DNA of 5,322 nucleotides from a virus (Duplodnaviria; Heunggongvirae; Uroviricota; Caudoviricetes): IMG/VR virus record IMGVR_UViG_2703718820_000005, positions 1 to 5,322 of that record; one strand, 5' to 3'. Shown piece by piece: positions 4,777 to 5,322 of this stretch (position 1 is its first letter; each line of letters starts with the position of its first letter). The notes under the pieces were generated by a model. It saw only the letters and a program-made list of their open reading frames with translations, ran no database searches and was not told where the DNA came from. The position numbers and the translations under genes were made by a program.

Positions 4777-5322
4777 ATGGCAAAGCTGGACTGGAAAAAG
4801 CTGGAGCAGGCATTCCGACGCGAACATGCCGAAACGGGAATAACATTACTGGACTGGTGCCGGAAGAAAAAGATTAATTACAACACCGCCAGAACCCGTA
4901 TAAAAATGGGCAAAATCGATCATGAAATTGATCATAAAACCGATCATGAAATCGATCATGACATCTCAGATGAAGAACCCTGCAATGACGCGGGTTCCGG
5001 CGATGAAAAATGCGCCAAAAACTCTGAAAAAAACTGCGCAAATTCGGCAGAAACGAAACGCAACAGCAGATCGGGCAATCCTCACCCCGTTGCCCGGTTT
5101 AGCGACCGTAACACCCACGCCGTAAGACACCGTGGATATGCGAAGTATCTTGAGGCAGATAACCTCATGGATGATGCGTCCGACATGGTGCTGTTCGATG
5201 AACTGGTGTTCACCCGGGCCCGCGCACTTTCAGTAACTAAGGCACTTAAAGGGATGTTCGCCGACCTGGAAGAGGCAACTGACGTGGAAACCCGTGTTGC
5301 TCTTTACGACAAAATACTCAAA
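4777..5322 (+). CDS. Terminase small subunit (TerS), 5' portion; the ORF runs off the 3' end of the window
   Basis: ATG at 4777; frame 1 is open to the window end. N-terminal HTH-like segment GITLLDWCRKKKINYNTARTRIK, then RSGNPHPVARF...HAVRHRGYAKYL, matching the conserved pattern of small terminase subunits of Gifsy/Stx-like lambdoid phages as I recall it. It sits directly after the lysis cassette, as expected. Confidence 0.65.
   Translation, partial: MAKLDWKKLEQAFRREHAETGITLLDWCRKKKINYNTARTRIKMGKIDHEIDHKTDHEIDHDISDEEPCNDAGSGDEKCAKNSEKNCANSAETKRNSRSGNPHPVARFSDRNTHAVRHRGYAKYLEADNLMDDASDMVLFDELVFTRARALSVTKALKGMFADLEEATDVETRVALYDKILK
4915..4962 (+). repeat. Tandem 12-bp repeat x4 (ATCGATCATGAA-like), in frame within terS, each unit containing a GATC Dam site
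   Basis: Units at 4915-4926 (atcgatcatgaa), 4927-4938 (attgatcataaa), 4939-4950 (accgatcatgaa) and 4951-4962 (atcgatcatgac). They encode IDHE-IDHK-TDHE-IDHD. Confidence 0.85.

Noticed and set aside
4915-4962. Possibility that the 12-bp tandem repeats are a CRISPR array
   Set aside because: The units are only 12 bp, contiguous without spacers, and in frame inside a coding sequence. No repeat-spacer architecture exists anywhere in the window.
4922-5125. 67-aa + strand ORF 4922..5125
   Set aside because: It is out of frame within the terS reading frame, which is open from 4777 to the window end and carries the conserved TerS motifs. Its repeat-derived MK/IMK pattern is an artefact of the 12-bp tandem repeat.

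Overview
This window reads as the late (lysis and packaging) region of a lambdoid, Stx-phage-like prophage of an enterobacterium, with every supported gene on the + strand. In order: the 3' 1.3 kb of a NanS-p-type sialate O-acetylesterase gene (5' end outside the window); two small ORFs; a phage-21/933W-type pinholin S with a dual start; a 186-aa ORF of unknown function wedged between S and R; a SAR endolysin R with the E35/D44/T50 triad; an intrinsic terminator followed by four tightly packed micro-ORFs encoding single-helix hydrophobic peptides wedged between R and Rz; the Rz i-spanin with Rz1 o-spanin embedded in the +1 frame; a ~290-bp spacer; and the 5' part of a terminase small subunit gene carrying a 4 x 12-bp tandem repeat with a GATC in every unit. 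The most unusual content is the two accessory insertions inside an otherwise canonical S-R-Rz/Rz1 cassette, plus several intrinsic terminators and a candidate antisense RNA. All homology calls are from memory of protein families, and no database search, alignment or folding was run. No tRNA, rRNA, CRISPR array or IS element was found.
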